This document shows, one piece after another, positions 63,437-64,000 of a stretch of DNA of 64,000 nucleotides. The notes under the pieces were generated by a model. The model searched no databases and was not told the origin of the DNA. It saw only the letters and a program-made list of their open reading frames with translations. Both the position numbers and the translations under genes were made by a program. The stretch lies in assembly GCA_017617655.1 (NCBI GenBank), contig JAFZVU010000087.1, forward strand, positions 610-64,609, given 5' to 3'. Every line of letters starts with the position of its first letter. The stretch's first letter is position 1. The stretch comes from Bacteroidales bacterium. GTDB taxonomy: Bacteria; Bacteroidota; Bacteroidia; Bacteroidales; UBA932.

Positions 63437-64000
63437 ATGAGCCGCGACAATAATCAATCTGCGAAAGACCGCAATCTCAATAAAGCTACGGTATATCTGA
63501 CCCGGGAGATTACCCCCGAGTCATTGGTAAGGATCTACAAGACGCTGGGCATCCCTGCAACGGGCCGCGTAGCCATCAAAATGAGCACCGGCGAAGGCAG
63601 CAACCCAAACTACCTGAAACCAGAGCTTGTCAAAGACCTCTTCTTTGAAGTGGACGGCACCCTTGTGGAGTGCAACACCGCCTACGGCAACGAACCCGAA
63701 GACGCCTGTGACGACCGCAACAATTCGGCCAATCACTGGGAGGTTATCCGCCGCCACGGTTTCATGGATCTTTTCCCCGTGGACATTATGGACGAGTACG
63801 ATGAGATACGAATTCCGGTGAAAGACCGCTCGCACATCAGATACGACATAGTTGGCGGACATATGGCCAACTATGACTTCATGATTGCCCTCAACCACTT
63901 CAAGGGGCACCCGATGGGCGGCTACGGCGGCGCCCTGAAGAACCTCTCCATCGGCTGCGCCAGCCAGAACGGTAAGGCGTATATCCACTCTGCCGGAAAG
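63437..64000 (+). CDS. DUF362 domain-containing protein, N-terminal part (continues beyond the window)
   Basis: Open frame from the ATG at 63437 to the window end: MSRDNNQS...VAIKMSTGEGSNPNYLKPE...ECNTAYG...LNHFKGHPMGGYGGALKNLSIGCAS. It is missing from the ORF track because it has no stop. Confidence 0.72.
   Translation, partial: MSRDNNQSAKDRNLNKATVYLTREITPESLVRIYKTLGIPATGRVAIKMSTGEGSNPNYLKPELVKDLFFEVDGTLVECNTAYGNEPEDACDDRNNSANHWEVIRRHGFMDLFPVDIMDEYDEIRIPVKDRSHIRYDIVGGHMANYDFMIALNHFKGHPMGGYGGALKNLSIGCASQNGKAYIHSAGK

Noticed and set aside
63521-63988. 155-aa minus-strand ORF and 64-aa plus-strand ORF at the right edge of the window.
   Set aside because: Both lie inside the stop-less plus-strand frame starting at 63437, which has clear DUF362 signatures and its own -7 promoter box.

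Overview
Chromosomal segment that reads as a Bacteroidota (Bacteroidales-like) genome of roughly 55% GC. The inference rests on gene content, the lack of Shine-Dalgarno sequences and recurrent TAnnTTTG -7 promoter boxes. About 60 tightly packed genes are present and most are housekeeping. They include the distal V-type ATPase operon (A' B D I K), tldD and pmbA, glmM, rpmE (L31 type B), slyD, tsaD, tamB, folP, tmk and an M49 dipeptidyl-peptidase. Further on are an AddAB-like helicase-nuclease pair, pgi, xth, recG, pdxA, rnhA, yicC, glnS, deoC, purD, fabG, rimO, coaE, yajC, nusB, a 7TM-HD (PgpH-like) protein, purM and aminotransferases. I saw no rRNA, tRNA, CRISPR array, transposase or integrase. 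Non-core or unusual material is limited to eight items. (1) A lower-GC two-gene insert, a zeta-toxin-like P-loop protein plus an overlapping 54-aa ORF, lies between the V-ATPase operon and tldD. (2) Two copies of a ~176-180 nt structured intergenic repeat (7030-7205 and 10168-10347) differ by compensatory base changes. (3) A repeat-rich islet downstream of rpmE carries twin REP-like hairpins and a very low-GC orphan ORF whose start region is tandemly duplicated. (4) A periplasmic redox cluster reads Tat-Gfo/Idh/MocA, DUF1080, 2-TM peptide, ApbE, Gfo/Idh/MocA; its ApbE lacks a signal peptide and the second oxidoreductase carries an STGAT flavinylation-like motif. (5) tamB and folP overlap convergently by 125 nt. 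(6) Four genes have a TAnnTTTG-N4-ATG arrangement that predicts leaderless mRNAs. (7) A 27-nt in-frame tandem repeat sits inside an oxidoreductase. (8) Several gene starts need revision. No canonical defence or mobile system could be supported. The most novel-looking candidates are the structured repeat family and the ApbE/oxidoreductase pairing. All functional calls come from reading the translated ORFs for motifs; no database search was run.
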